NCBI GenBank assembly: GCA_964567785.1
Contig: CAZMOK010000006.1
Span: 7,331 to 71,330, forward strand
Reading direction: 5' to 3'
DNA: 64,000 bases
Source of the DNA: an uncultured Bacteroidales bacterium
Lineage (GTDB): Bacteria; Bacteroidota; Bacteroidia; Bacteroidales; JAGOPY01
Part shown: positions 37,221 through 47,639 of the stretch, piece by piece
Numbering within the stretch: position 1 is the first letter of the stretch
Layout of the letters: every line of letters starts with the position of its first letter
Made by a program: the position numbers and the translations under genes
The notes under the pieces: model-generated
What the model was told of the DNA's origin: nothing
Database searches by the model: none
The model's input: only the letters and a program-made list of their open reading frames with translations

Positions 37221-38510
37221 TTACTTATTAAATAAGAGGTGCATGTCGAGAATCTCGCTTCCCTGCTCAATCATATCAAGTTCGTTTCCACTGTCATAGT
37301 CAAGAATGATCAATTTACTTCCCCTGGCAGCGAAAATACTCCTGCTATAGGGGTCATACCTCAGAATGTCAGCTTCCAGGTTGCTGTAATCCGTAACCAC
37401 CTTAAGGTAGTGATCGTATTCGAAGATACCTTTATCTGTCAGCACCAGAAAAACCCTATCATCAATCCTGGTCACTGAAGAGATATTAATACCTTCAAGC
37501 CTCTGTTCTTCTGTATAAATAAACTTATTCGGATCAAGTGACCTCACCACCCCGTCGAGGCCTTCATTTAGGAATACCAGTGCCTGCCCCTGGCTGGAAC
37601 TTATACCGGCCACGTCAGTGCTGATATTGATCCTGTTCTGCTCAATGCCGGTTTCCAGGTAATAGATTATAAGGAATCTCTCCAGGCCGTTCCTTGAGAC
37701 CTGTTCAGCAACCAAACGATCGTCAAAAACATGAAAAACCTCAGGAACGAAAAGTTCCAGTGCTGTGGTCTGAAACACAATTTCGCCTTCCATTCCAAAA
37801 CCGAAGAGATCACCATTCCCGGTTGAAACATAAAAATATTCGCCTGACCGGGCAAATACATATTCAGGATAGGGTACTGTAGCATTCTTCACCCATTCAG
37901 GGTCATAATTAAAGGTATTGTAGGCAGTAATCACCGAGGGTGATGCTTTGATGTAAAAGAACAGCCCAAACCTGGAACTTACAGATGACAGGCCATACCG
38001 CTGCTGAATGTTGAAAGCTGTATCAAGGCTCAGTGAGGGATCCATCACACTTATTCCAGATATTTGGCTGTTAAGTTTTTTAACGATAATGATATTCTCA
38101 AGATCCTGTTCAAGCCCCCTGACCCTTATTGTACGGAACATCCTGGTTGTATTGAGACCATCACTTGCAATAATAAGAAGCTCATAACTATCGTTTTCCA
38201 GTGTAGTATTATCCAAAGGGTATTTAAGATCGATGGTAAATTCCCTTTCATCGGGATAAAATAACCGGGGTGTGGTCAGATTCACCAACTGGTCATTTAC
38301 AAGTGACAATTGGATACTGCTTAATTTCATATTATCTGAAACAAAGGCAAGAACCCTCACTGAATCACCAGCAGAAAACTCTTTGTTGACTAAAGGCTCT
38401 GCAATATCAACACTTGGCCGGCTTAAGTCATCCTGTTTGTTGCAGGCTGAAGCGAGTATAATAAGAACCGGCAAAATCAGCAGGAAAGCAATATGTCCTG
38501 TTCTATACAA
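37221..38510 (-). CDS. Hypothetical lipoprotein (Ig-like N-domain + probable beta-propeller)
   Basis: Lipobox ASAC; VSDNMKLSSI Ig-like segment; beta-rich C-terminal region. Confidence 0.65.
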   Translation of the reverse strand: MYRTGHIAFLLILPVLIILASACNKQDDLSRPSVDIAEPLVNKEFSAGDSVRVLAFVSDNMKLSSIQLSLVNDQLVNLTTPRLFYPDEREFTIDLKYPLDNTTLENDSYELLIIASDGLNTTRMFRTIRVRGLEQDLENIIIVKKLNSQISGISVMDPSLSLDTAFNIQQRYGLSSVSSRFGLFFYIKASPSVITAYNTFNYDPEWVKNATVPYPEYVFARSGEYFYVSTGNGDLFGFGMEGEIVFQTTALELFVPEVFHVFDDRLVAEQVSRNGLERFLIIYYLETGIEQNRINISTDVAGISSSQGQALVFLNEGLDGVVRSLDPNKFIYTEEQRLEGINISSVTRIDDRVFLVLTDKGIFEYDHYLKVVTDYSNLEADILRYDPYSRSIFAARGSKLIILDYDSGNELDMIEQGSEILDMHLLFNK

Positions 38511-38558
38511 TGAAAACTGATTATTAATATCTTTAACAGTTGAAAATAGGAAATTATC

Positions 38559-39266
38559 ATGATAAACGATGTATCTCTCGAAAATATTCTGTTCCTGGAT
38601 ATTGAAACTGTCCCTGCATATGGTTCTTATGACGAACTTTCTCCTGTCATGAAAAAGCTGTGGGATAAGAAAGCGGAGAGGATAAAGAGGACAGAAGAGG
38701 ATACTCCTGATAATCTTTACCCAAGGGCAGGTATCTATGCGGAATTTGGCAGGATAATCTGTATTTCGGCCGGTTTTTTCAACCAGGATATTTTCAGGTT
38801 GAAATCCTACTACGGCGACGATGAAAAGGAACTCCTCCTTTCTTTTGCAGGTTTACTGAACACCCACTTCTGCACTGATGAAAAAAGGCTTTGTGCACAT
38901 AACGGCAAGGAATTCGATTTTCCATACATAGCAAGGAGAATGTTGGTAAATGACATCCGGATACCCCGTATACTCGACCTGCACGGAAAGAAACCCTGGG
39001 AAGTGCAGCACCTTGATACAATGGAACTATGGAAATTCGGCGACCATAAAAATTACACTTCACTCGAGCTATTGACCTCCATTTTCAATATACCCACGCC
39101 CAAAGATGATATCGATGGCAGTGAAGTATGGAAAGTGTACTGGAAAGAAAAAGACCTTGACCGTATAGCGGCATATTGCCAGAAGGACGTTGTGGCCATT
39201 GCACAGGTATTTCTTAGATACCAGGGCATGCCTATACTCCCCGAAGAAAAGATCATACTGGTATAA
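38559..39266 (+). CDS. 3'-5' exonuclease, PolB-proofreading-like (DEDDy)
   Basis: LDIETVP, AHNGKEFDFP, HLDTM, YCQKDV. Confidence 0.88.
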   Translation: MINDVSLENILFLDIETVPAYGSYDELSPVMKKLWDKKAERIKRTEEDTPDNLYPRAGIYAEFGRIICISAGFFNQDIFRLKSYYGDDEKELLLSFAGLLNTHFCTDEKRLCAHNGKEFDFPYIARRMLVNDIRIPRILDLHGKKPWEVQHLDTMELWKFGDHKNYTSLELLTSIFNIPTPKDDIDGSEVWKVYWKEKDLDRIAAYCQKDVVAIAQVFLRYQGMPILPEEKIILV

Positions 39267-39370
39267 AATAACTGAGCTGACTTCCCGTCGTAAAGTTATT
39301 TATGAGATTCTCTTATTGATCGTCCCTTTTCATTAAATTTGCTTTAGATCAACAAAAAAAAATCAGAATA

Positions 39371-40375
39371 ATGGCAGATTTAACCACGAAATACATGGGT
39401 CTCGAACTCAAGTCACCCATAATTATCGGAAGTTCAGGATTGACCGATAAAGCAGAAAAAATTGAAAAACTTGATAAAGCAGGGGCCGGTGCTGTTGTCC
39501 TCAAATCTATCTTTGAGGAAGAAATTCTTATGGAATACGAGGAAGTGCTTCGGCATGAAGCGCCGGGTCGTTACAAGGACGACTATCTTGATTATTTCGA
39601 TTACAAGATCAAGGAATCAAACATTGAGAATTATATCAAGCTGATAGTTGACTCAAAAAAGAAGGCTGAAATACCTGTAATAGCCAGTATCAACTGTGCA
39701 TCATCGCACGAATGGTCCTATTTTGCAAAGAAAATACAGGAGGCAGGTGCAGACGCACTGGAGCTGAATATATTCATTCTGCCATCTGATTTGAACCGTT
39801 CAGCTGAAGAAGTGGAAAGGACCTATCTTGAGATCATCCAAATGGTAAGGAACGCGATCAAAATTCCGGTTGCCATAAAGATGAGTCCCTACTTTGCCAA
39901 CCTTTCTGCTTTCCTCCAGGAAATTTCAAGAACGAATATTGCTGCCATTGTACTTTTCAATCGCACCTACAACCCTGATATTGATACAGAAAAAATGGAA
40001 GTTACCAGCTCGAATGTACTCAGTGATCCGCATGATATTTTCCGGTCACTTCGCTGGATCGCCCTTATGGCAAACAGGATACAGTGCGACCTTGCAGCCT
40101 CAACCGGTATTCACAGCGGAGAGGCTGTAATAAAGCAATTACTTGCGGGAGCAACTGTGACCCAGGTGGTTTCTGTATTATATGAGAAGGGGCCTGAATA
40201 CCTCAAGCAGATCACCAATGATGTGAAGGAATGGATGAAAAGAAAAGATTTTAATAGTGTTGATGAATTCAGGGGATTGTTGAGCCAGGAAAAAGCCGCT
40301 AACCCTTCCCTTTACGAAAGGGTTCAGTTCATGAAATACTTTTCTGACAAAGATAAATACAGCGAAAAAACATGA
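39371..40375 (+). CDS. Dihydroorotate dehydrogenase-like FMN protein
   Basis: VVLKSIF, IASIN, KMSPY, LFNR, ASTG, LLAGA. The class 1 NxSCP loop reads NIFIL, with no catalytic Cys. TAAATTTG box at 39334-39341. Confidence 0.82.
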   Translation: MADLTTKYMGLELKSPIIIGSSGLTDKAEKIEKLDKAGAGAVVLKSIFEEEILMEYEEVLRHEAPGRYKDDYLDYFDYKIKESNIENYIKLIVDSKKKAEIPVIASINCASSHEWSYFAKKIQEAGADALELNIFILPSDLNRSAEEVERTYLEIIQMVRNAIKIPVAIKMSPYFANLSAFLQEISRTNIAAIVLFNRTYNPDIDTEKMEVTSSNVLSDPHDIFRSLRWIALMANRIQCDLAASTGIHSGEAVIKQLLAGATVTQVVSVLYEKGPEYLKQITNDVKEWMKRKDFNSVDEFRGLLSQEKAANPSLYERVQFMKYFSDKDKYSEKT

Positions 40376-40680
40376 TAGTCACGATTGTGGAAATAAAGGT
40401 AAAAGAGGAGTTCCTTGAGCCATTCATAGAAATAACAAGGTATAATCACAAACATTCAGTTGAAGAAGAGGGCAATCTCCGTTTCGATATCCTGCAGCAT
40501 ATTGATGACCCTAAAAGGTTTACACTGTATGAAGCCTATAAAAACGAAGAATCGGCTGCTGCGCACAAGAAAACCAGGCACTATCTCAAATGGAAAGATA
40601 TGGTAGCCGAATGGATGGCAAAGCCAAGAAAAGGGATCAGGCATAGAGTCATTGAACCTAATTCTGTTTCCCAATGGTAA
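40372..40680 (+). CDS. ABM-domain protein (LsrG/putative quinol monooxygenase family)
   Basis: EEEGNLRFDILQ...FTLYEAY...AAHKKT.HY..W. Confidence 0.82.
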   Translation: MIVTIVEIKVKEEFLEPFIEITRYNHKHSVEEEGNLRFDILQHIDDPKRFTLYEAYKNEESAAAHKKTRHYLKWKDMVAEWMAKPRKGIRHRVIEPNSVSQW

Positions 40681-41849
40681 GGTCGTTCAAGTTTGCATCA
40701 ACGCCTGAGATCATTTTCGGGAACGGATCTTTCCAGCAGTTGCCCGGGCTGATCCGAAGGTATGGAGATCACATGTTGTTACTGACCGGGGCCAGGTCAC
40801 TCAGGGAATCACCATTCTTTAAAACTTTTTCAGACAACCTGAAAAAAAATAATTTCAGGTACGAGGTTATCGGGATCTCAGAAGAGCCCTCCCCAATGCT
40901 TATTGATGGTCTTACAAGCAAATTCAGGCGTCACATGCCTGATGTAGTTGTAAGCATTGGGGGAGGCAGTGTCATTGATTCCGGAAAGGCTATGTCGGCC
41001 ATGCTCCCCGACCTGCACTCTGTTTATGAATACCTGGAAGGAGTGGGGACCGGAAAACAGCACTCCGGAAAAAAAGTGCCCTTCATAGCCGTTCCTACCA
41101 CATCTGGTACCGGTAGCGAAACAACTAAAAATGCCGTTTTGAGTGATGTGGGAAAAACCGGTTTTAAAAAATCAATAAGGCATAACAATTTTGTCCCTGA
41201 TATCGCCCTTATAGACCCTGAGCTCACTCTTTCCTGTCCTTCCAACGTAACGGCTGCCTGTGGAATGGATGCCTTCACACAGTTGCTGGAGTCTTACGTT
41301 TCTCTCAATGCTTCACCTTTAACGGATGCATTAGCATACTCAGGTTTGGAAACAGCCATAAAGTCGCTTGTCAGGACATATAAAAACCATTCCGACCTTG
41401 AGGCAAGGACAGGCATGAGCTATGCCGCTTTGCTCTCGGGGATAACACTTGCCAATGCCGGACTTGGTGTTGTTCATGGTTTTGCCTCTGTCATTGGCGG
41501 TTACCATAATATTCCTCATGGAGTTATATGCGGGATGTTGCTTGCAGAAAGCACAAAAATGAATATTGAGATCCTGCGGAGAAATTCTCCTGACAGCCTT
41601 GCCCTTGAAAAATACAGGAAGATTGGCTTTCTGATGATGAAAAATAGCAACGGAGAAACAGGTGATCCCCTTGATATACTGGTAAATAAACTCTTTGAGT
41701 GGACTAAAGAACTGAAGATGCCGAAACTTGGGAATTACGGCATCAGGGAAAGAGACCTGTCTCATATCATAGAAGAAACCGGCATAAAACATAATCCGGC
41801 TGAACTGGGAAAGCATGAACTTGAAACAATAATCAGAAACAGATGCTGA
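40674..41849 (+). CDS. Iron-containing alcohol dehydrogenase
   Basis: GGGSVID, VPTTSGTGSE, GMDAFTQLLE, GVVHG. Confidence 0.9.
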   Translation: MVRSFKFASTPEIIFGNGSFQQLPGLIRRYGDHMLLLTGARSLRESPFFKTFSDNLKKNNFRYEVIGISEEPSPMLIDGLTSKFRRHMPDVVVSIGGGSVIDSGKAMSAMLPDLHSVYEYLEGVGTGKQHSGKKVPFIAVPTTSGTGSETTKNAVLSDVGKTGFKKSIRHNNFVPDIALIDPELTLSCPSNVTAACGMDAFTQLLESYVSLNASPLTDALAYSGLETAIKSLVRTYKNHSDLEARTGMSYAALLSGITLANAGLGVVHGFASVIGGYHNIPHGVICGMLLAESTKMNIEILRRNSPDSLALEKYRKIGFLMMKNSNGETGDPLDILVNKLFEWTKELKMPKLGNYGIRERDLSHIIEETGIKHNPAELGKHELETIIRNRC

Positions 41850-42937
41850 TGCTTCAGATTACTAAGCCAACGATGGTCCTCGACCGGCGGAAGTGCCTGC
41901 GCAATTTGGCAGATATGAAAGAAAAAGCCAGGGAAAGCAATGTGGATTTCAGGCCTCACTTCAAGACCCATCAATCCGCATTGGTAGGCAACTGGTTCAG
42001 GAAAGCCGGTATCCACTCAATAACTGTCTCTACTGTTTCGATGGCCAGGAAATTCTGTAATTACGGCTGGAAGGATATAACCATATCCCTTCCTGTTAAC
42101 ATACTTGAAGTATCCGAGATCAATGAGCTTGCCAAGGAATTGAATCTTCATATAGTCACTGAATCAGCAGAAGCGCTTCAATTTCTCGAAGGCAACCTCA
42201 TCTATGGAGTGGGGGTTTATATTAAGGTCGATACAGGCTATAACCGATCCGGGATCGGATGGAAAGACCTCAAACAATTTTCTGAGATCATCAAATTTAT
42301 AAAAGGAGCTTCAAAGCTGGAATTTATAGGTTTGCTCACTCATTCCGGTCAAACCTACCACGTGGAAACACGTACGGAGATCATCGAAATATATAACGAT
42401 ACTGTATTAAAAATGAATTATATACGCGAACATTTCCAGGACGACGTCCCGGAAATGAAGATCTCCATTGGTGATACACCTTCCTGCAGCCTGGTTCAGA
42501 AATTTACCGGTATTGATGAAATCAGGCCCGGGAATTTCATTTTTTACGACCTTATGCAGTATTCAATCGGGGCCTGCAGTATTGACCAGATCGGGCTCTC
42601 AGTTGCCTGTCCGGTAATTGCCAAATCCCCGCAAAGAAATGAAATTGTAATATACGGGGGAGCGGCACAACTTTCCAAGGACTTCCTCTTTAAAAGCAGC
42701 GGTGACAGGATATACGGTTATGTGGTCCTTTATGAGGGTGAAGAATGGACAAAACCGGTCAAAGGCACCTACCTGGCAAGGATTACGCAGGATCACGGGA
42801 TTATCAAGACAACAAACGAATTCTTTAAACGGGTTAAAAGAGGTGATATTCTGGGGATACTTCCTATACATTCCTGCCTGACGGCCAACCTACTCAAAAC
42901 ATATGTCACCCTCGACGGTGAAAACATTGATTATTAG
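41843..42937 (+). CDS. Fold-type III PLP enzyme, D-threonine aldolase/D-serine dehydratase (DSD1) family
   Basis: FRPHFKTH (PLP Lys), KVDTGYNRSG, THSG, GDTP, EIRPGNFIFYD, QDHG, PIHSCLTAN. Confidence 0.85.
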   Translation: MLMLQITKPTMVLDRRKCLRNLADMKEKARESNVDFRPHFKTHQSALVGNWFRKAGIHSITVSTVSMARKFCNYGWKDITISLPVNILEVSEINELAKELNLHIVTESAEALQFLEGNLIYGVGVYIKVDTGYNRSGIGWKDLKQFSEIIKFIKGASKLEFIGLLTHSGQTYHVETRTEIIEIYNDTVLKMNYIREHFQDDVPEMKISIGDTPSCSLVQKFTGIDEIRPGNFIFYDLMQYSIGACSIDQIGLSVACPVIAKSPQRNEIVIYGGAAQLSKDFLFKSSGDRIYGYVVLYEGEEWTKPVKGTYLARITQDHGIIKTTNEFFKRVKRGDILGILPIHSCLTANLLKTYVTLDGENIDY

Positions 42938-43069
42938 GCTCCCTGTTACAAGGGCCAAAACCATGCCTTTCCACCATCGAATTATCAACATTTTTTTCAC
43001 CGTCATTTTGTTATTAAAAGTAGGATGACATCCTCCATGAGGCCTTCCAAAATATCTACTTTTGGGGGC

Positions 43070-44614
43070 ATGGAAGACACCCAGGGAAAATCATTTACAG
43101 AAGACTCCAAAACTACCACCAGGCGAGAGAGAGAAAAGAAAAGCACACTTCAGAGGGCCATATATGAGCACGGAAAGATACCCCCTCAGGCAGTCGATCT
43201 TGAGGAGGCTGTACTGGGAGCGCTTATGCTTGAAAAAGATGCGCTGGCAGCAGTCATTGATATCCTTAATCATGAAATGTTCTATAAAGAACAACACCAG
43301 AAGATCTTCAAGGCGATAACAAGACTGTTCGGTAAATCCGAACCGGTTGATATTTTAACTGTTACAAACGAACTTAAAAGCAACGGCGAGCTTGAAATAG
43401 CAGGTGGGGCCTATTATCTCACCCAACTGACCAACCGGGTTGCTTCCTCTGCCAACATAGAGCAGCACAGCCGTATCATTATCCAGAAACACATACAGCG
43501 AGAACTTATCAGGTTATCCTCCGAAGTCATAAAGGATGCTTTTGAAGACACAACCGATGTTTTCGACCTGCTCGACAAAGCGGAGCAAAACCTTTTCAGT
43601 GTAAGCGAAAACAGCCTTAGGAGAAATTACACGCTCATGCCCGAGCTGGTAAAAAGCGCCATAGATGAAATTCAGAAAGCCAAAGACCAGGACGGAAACC
43701 TCAGGGGCATTCCGTCAGGCTTCACAGAGATTGACCGGGTCACTGCCGGATGGCAAAAATCAGACCTTATCATTCTTGCTTCCCGGCCAGGTATGGGAAA
43801 AACTGCATTCGCTCTTACAATGGCAAGGAATATGGCCGTGGATTTCCACAAACCGGTTGCTATATTCTCACTTGAGATGGCGTCGGTACAGCTTGTTACC
43901 CGTCTTATTGCAGCAGAATCATCACTGCCGGCAGAGAAGCTCAGAAAAGGTGATCTCCAGGAATATGAATGGACACAACTGAATTCAAAGATCAATAAAC
44001 TGGTTGATGCACCGATATACATTGACGACACCCCTGCCCTCTCCATTTTCGAGCTCAGGGCAAAATGCCGCCGGCTAAAAGCCCAGCACGATATTGAGAT
44101 GATCTTTGTGGATTACCTGCAGCTTATGACATCCGCAGTTGACAACAGGAGCGGAAACCGCGAGCAGGAGATCAGTAACATTTCCCGCTCACTGAAAAGC
44201 CTGGCCAAGGAACTGGATGTACCGATCCTTGCTCTCTCACAGTTGAGCCGGGCCGTTGAAACACGGGGTGGATCAAAAAAGCCTATCCTCAGCGACCTGC
44301 GGGAGTCAGGAGCCATTGAGCAGGACGCCGATCTCGTTCTGTTCATATACCGTCCTGAATATTATCGCATTGATGAAGATGAGGAAGGGAACCCGACAAA
44401 CGGCATGGCTGATATCAGTATTGCCAAGCACCGTAATGGTGCGCTGGCCGATATCAAACTCAGGTTTATCAATCAGCTTGCTAAATTTGTAGACCTTAAC
44501 AAAGATGATTTCGATATTGATTTCAATGAAACAGACGACTCCAACGGTAATATGAAAACTATTCCTTCAAAGTTGAACGAAATGAAAGATACTGACGATG
44601 ACATTCCTTTCTAG
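43070..44614 (+). CDS. dnaB: Replicative DNA helicase
   Basis: PPQAVDLEEAVLGAL, ASRPGMGKT, FSLEM, VDYLQLM, LSDLRESGAIEQDAD. ATG 43070 follows a TACTTTTG box; no intein-sized insertion. Confidence 0.97.
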   Translation: MEDTQGKSFTEDSKTTTRREREKKSTLQRAIYEHGKIPPQAVDLEEAVLGALMLEKDALAAVIDILNHEMFYKEQHQKIFKAITRLFGKSEPVDILTVTNELKSNGELEIAGGAYYLTQLTNRVASSANIEQHSRIIIQKHIQRELIRLSSEVIKDAFEDTTDVFDLLDKAEQNLFSVSENSLRRNYTLMPELVKSAIDEIQKAKDQDGNLRGIPSGFTEIDRVTAGWQKSDLIILASRPGMGKTAFALTMARNMAVDFHKPVAIFSLEMASVQLVTRLIAAESSLPAEKLRKGDLQEYEWTQLNSKINKLVDAPIYIDDTPALSIFELRAKCRRLKAQHDIEMIFVDYLQLMTSAVDNRSGNREQEISNISRSLKSLAKELDVPILALSQLSRAVETRGGSKKPILSDLRESGAIEQDADLVLFIYRPEYYRIDEDEEGNPTNGMADISIAKHRNGALADIKLRFINQLAKFVDLNKDDFDIDFNETDDSNGNMKTIPSKLNEMKDTDDDIPF

Positions 44615-44615
44615 T

Positions 44616-45332
44616 TCAGTATTTTGTCCCGTCTTCGCGGATCATAGGCACAAATCTTACAGGCAGGACGCGTTTTTGCTTTAATTTCCCCTTCTCTTTA
44701 CGAAGAAAGTAAAGTTCCTGTGAATACACATTGCCCACCGGAATGATCATCTTCCCTCCCTCGGCAAGCTGCTCTTCGAGCGGATCGGGGACTTCAGTAG
44801 GTGAACACGTTACGATTATTGCATCAAATGGAGCCGCCTCAGGCCATCCTTTGTATCCATCGCCTATCCTGACATAAACATTATCGTAACCGAGCTTTTC
44901 AAGTGTCTTACTTGCACTTTCACCAAGATTTTCAATTATCTCAATGCTGTGAACGCTATCGCAGATCTCAGCAAGGACGGCAGCCTGGTAACCTGAGCCG
45001 GTGCCAACCTCCAGCACTCTGTCGGTTCTTTGCAGATCAAGGACCTCGGTCATGAATGCCACTATATATGGCTGGGAAATGGTTTGCCCTGATCCGATCG
45101 GCAACGGATAGTCACTATAAGCCTCCCTGCTGTATTGATCAGGCACAAAATGATGTCGGGGGACAGCCCTCATTGCCCTGAGAACAGCAGTATCATCCAC
45201 CCCCCTGTTAATAATCTGAGTCTGGACCATTCTCTCTCTTTCTTCCATTCTTTCATACATTTCAGCCCCCTGGGATATTGCCTTGCCCGAAATCAATAAA
45301 AATGCCAATATTAAAGAGAAACTCCATTTCAT
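44616..45332 (-). CDS. pcm: Protein-L-isoaspartate O-methyltransferase with N-terminal signal-like sequence
   Basis: VPRHHF, QTISQPY, VLEVGTGSGYQAA, GDGYKGW..APFDAIIVT, VRFVPM. Confidence 0.92.
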   Translation of the reverse strand: MKWSFSLILAFLLISGKAISQGAEMYERMEERERMVQTQIINRGVDDTAVLRAMRAVPRHHFVPDQYSREAYSDYPLPIGSGQTISQPYIVAFMTEVLDLQRTDRVLEVGTGSGYQAAVLAEICDSVHSIEIIENLGESASKTLEKLGYDNVYVRIGDGYKGWPEAAPFDAIIVTCSPTEVPDPLEEQLAEGGKMIIPVGNVYSQELYFLRKEKGKLKQKRVLPVRFVPMIREDGTKY

Positions 45333-45407
45333 ATCCCAAATGACCCGGATTTTGAAAAATGATTATAATACAGGAATAAAATTACAATAAACGGCTGAAA
45401 GTTGCAA

Positions 45408-45467
45408 AACGCGAAGCGCGTGACGCAATGAACAATGAAAAATAATTAAACTCTAAACTCTAAGCTC
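45408..45467. repeat. Degenerate heptamer tracts after the sucC stop
   Basis: AACGCGA AGCGCGT GACGCAA TGAACAA TGAAAAA, then TAAACTC TAAACTC TAAGCTC. Confidence 0.65.
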
Positions 45468-46660
45468 TATATGCTGAGCACTTCTTTTACAAGTGATGCA
45501 GCATCTTCTAGCTGAACCGCTGAATGAACCTTGAGGCCTGATTCATTAATGATTTTTGCTCCTTCTTCGGCATTGGTGCCCTGCAGCCTAACAACAATAG
45601 GAACTTTTATATCGCCGATGTTCTTGTACGCATCAACAACCCCCTGGGCAACCCGGTCGCCTCTTACAATACCACCGAAAATATTTACCAGGATGGCTTT
45701 TACGTTCGGATCTTTCAGGATGATCCTGAATGCTTCCTCCACCCTTTTGGCGTCTGCAGTCCCTCCCACATCAAGAAAATTTGCCGGTGAACCACCATAA
45801 AGCTTGATCATGTCCATTGTAGCCATCGCCAGGCCGGCCCCGTTCACCATGCAACCAACATTTCCATCAAGCTTTACATAGCTTAGATCAAACTTGCTGG
45901 CTTCCACTTCAATGGGGTCCTCTTCAAAGATATCCCGCATCTCAGCTATTTCCGGTTGCCTGTAAAGTGCATTGTCGTCGATCGCAACTTTGGAATCGGC
46001 TGCAAATACCTTGTCATCTGAGGTCTTGAACACCGGGTTGATCTCAAAAAGTTTTGAATCGGATTTCTCGAAAGCATTGTAAAGAGCTGTCACGAATTTT
46101 ACCATCGATTTATAAGCATCCCCACTCAGGCCTAAGTTAAAGGCAACCTTTCGGGCCTGGAAGCCCATAATGCCTGTCGAAGGGTCTATTTCTTCCTTGA
46201 AGATCAGCTCAGGGGTCTCTTCGGCAACAGCCTCTATGTCCATACCTCCCCTGGGAGAATACATGATCATGTTCCTTCCGGTATTCCGGTTGAGCAGCAC
46301 GCTCATGTAATATTCCTCTATTTCGGAGGGGCCGTCATAATAAATATTTTGTTCGATCAGGACCTTTCTCACCAGCTTTCCTTCTTCACCTGTTTGTGGA
46401 GTAACGAGTGTCATCCCGAGGATCTGGTCTGCATAATTCTCAACCTCATCAAGAGTTTTGGCGATTTTCACACCACCTCCTTTTCCCCGTCCCCCTGCAT
46501 GGATCTGTGCCTTGACCGCCCATTTGCCGGAGCCGGCTTCTGCTTCGATCTCTTTTGCTGCCTCTACGGCATCTTTCACATTTGACACAACAATGCCCAT
46601 TGGTACGGGAACCCCGTATTTCTTCAAGATTGATTTTCCCTGATATTCGTGTAAGTTCAT
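45467..46660 (-). CDS. sucC: Succinate--CoA ligase (ADP-forming) beta subunit
   Basis: MNLHEYQGK, KAQIHAGGRGKGGG, EINP, VNGAGLAMATMD, ANFLDVGG, NIFGGIVR. Confidence 0.96.
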   Translation of the reverse strand: MNLHEYQGKSILKKYGVPVPMGIVVSNVKDAVEAAKEIEAEAGSGKWAVKAQIHAGGRGKGGGVKIAKTLDEVENYADQILGMTLVTPQTGEEGKLVRKVLIEQNIYYDGPSEIEEYYMSVLLNRNTGRNMIMYSPRGGMDIEAVAEETPELIFKEEIDPSTGIMGFQARKVAFNLGLSGDAYKSMVKFVTALYNAFEKSDSKLFEINPVFKTSDDKVFAADSKVAIDDNALYRQPEIAEMRDIFEEDPIEVEASKFDLSYVKLDGNVGCMVNGAGLAMATMDMIKLYGGSPANFLDVGGTADAKRVEEAFRIILKDPNVKAILVNIFGGIVRGDRVAQGVVDAYKNIGDIKVPIVVRLQGTNAEEGAKIINESGLKVHSAVQLEDAASLVKEVLSI

Positions 46661-46803
46661 CCGGCTTGACTTTTGGAGATTTTGCGCAAAAATAGTTAAA
46701 TATCTTCATTTGATCACCGCTATGGCAATATCGGTTTTATTCCTTTCGTATACCTCTTATTCATGAAACATGAAAAAGGGAAATAAACTATATTTGTCAT
46801 GAA

Positions 46804-47460
46804 ATGATACTGGAAGCTAAAGGAATAACAAAATCATTCGGCAACTTACAGGTTCTCAAGGATATCGACCTGAAAGTGAAGAAAAGTGAGATCCTGTCGA
46901 TAGTTGGCGCTTCGGGGGCAGGTAAGTCAACGTTGCTGCACATACTTGGCACACTTGACCGCCCCGATAAAGGGGAGGTTCTCTACCTGGGTAAAAGTAT
47001 TACCGGCTTGAAGGATAAGGAACTATCTGAATTCCGAAACAAGAATATCGGTTTTGTATTCCAGTTCCACCACTTGTTACCTGAATTTACTGCCCTTGAA
47101 AACATTTGCATACCGGCATACATAGCAGGGTCCTCCCGGAAGGGGGCTGAAAAACAAGCCCTTGAGTTGCTCAGGCTCCTCAATCTTGACGAGAGGAAAG
47201 ACCATAAGCCCTCTGCACTTTCGGGAGGGGAACAACAACGCGTCGCCGTTGCAAGGGCTTTGATCAATAAGCCCGGGATTGTCTTTGCCGACGAACCAAC
47301 AGGCAACCTTGACTCTTCACATTCCGAAGAGCTGCATAAATTGTTTATGAAACTGCGTGACGAACTCGGGCAGACCTTTATTGTTGTTACTCATAATCAT
47401 GCTCTTGCAGGCATGTCGGATCGCAGGCTCATAATCTCCGACGGTATGCTTTCAACATAA
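46804..47460 (+). CDS. ABC transporter ATP-binding protein (LolD-like)
   Basis: [36 protein letters not shown]. Confidence 0.9.
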   Translation: MILEAKGITKSFGNLQVLKDIDLKVKKSEILSIVGASGAGKSTLLHILGTLDRPDKGEVLYLGKSITGLKDKELSEFRNKNIGFVFQFHHLLPEFTALENICIPAYIAGSSRKGAEKQALELLRLLNLDERKDHKPSALSGGEQQRVAVARALINKPGIVFADEPTGNLDSSHSEELHKLFMKLRDELGQTFIVVTHNHALAGMSDRRLIISDGMLST

Positions 47461-47639
47461 ATTCACCACCACTCCTCCTGAAAAGAAACTGACAATATTA
47501 ATTTTGCGGATTCGTTATTTTTCCTGAAAAAGACAAGCAATCCCCGGAATACACATTCAACTGTTAAAAAAGAATTTCCGGACGATAAAAAAAAGAACTG
47601 CAGGCGACTATTTTTGTACATAAATTCCCGGGACCAGGC

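Noticed and set aside
43070-44614. Intein in dnaB or dnaE2
   Set aside because: Both are normal length with contiguous motifs and show no splicing signatures.
45467-46660. sucC without an adjacent sucD; E1 without E2/E3; GroES-like gene without groEL
   Set aside because: Dispersed arrangements like these are common in Bacteroidota and are not evidence of novelty.
47507-47608. Possible sRNA or riboswitch between the two promoter boxes upstream of the TPR gene
   Set aside because: No recognisable family motif, convincing stem-loop or terminator.
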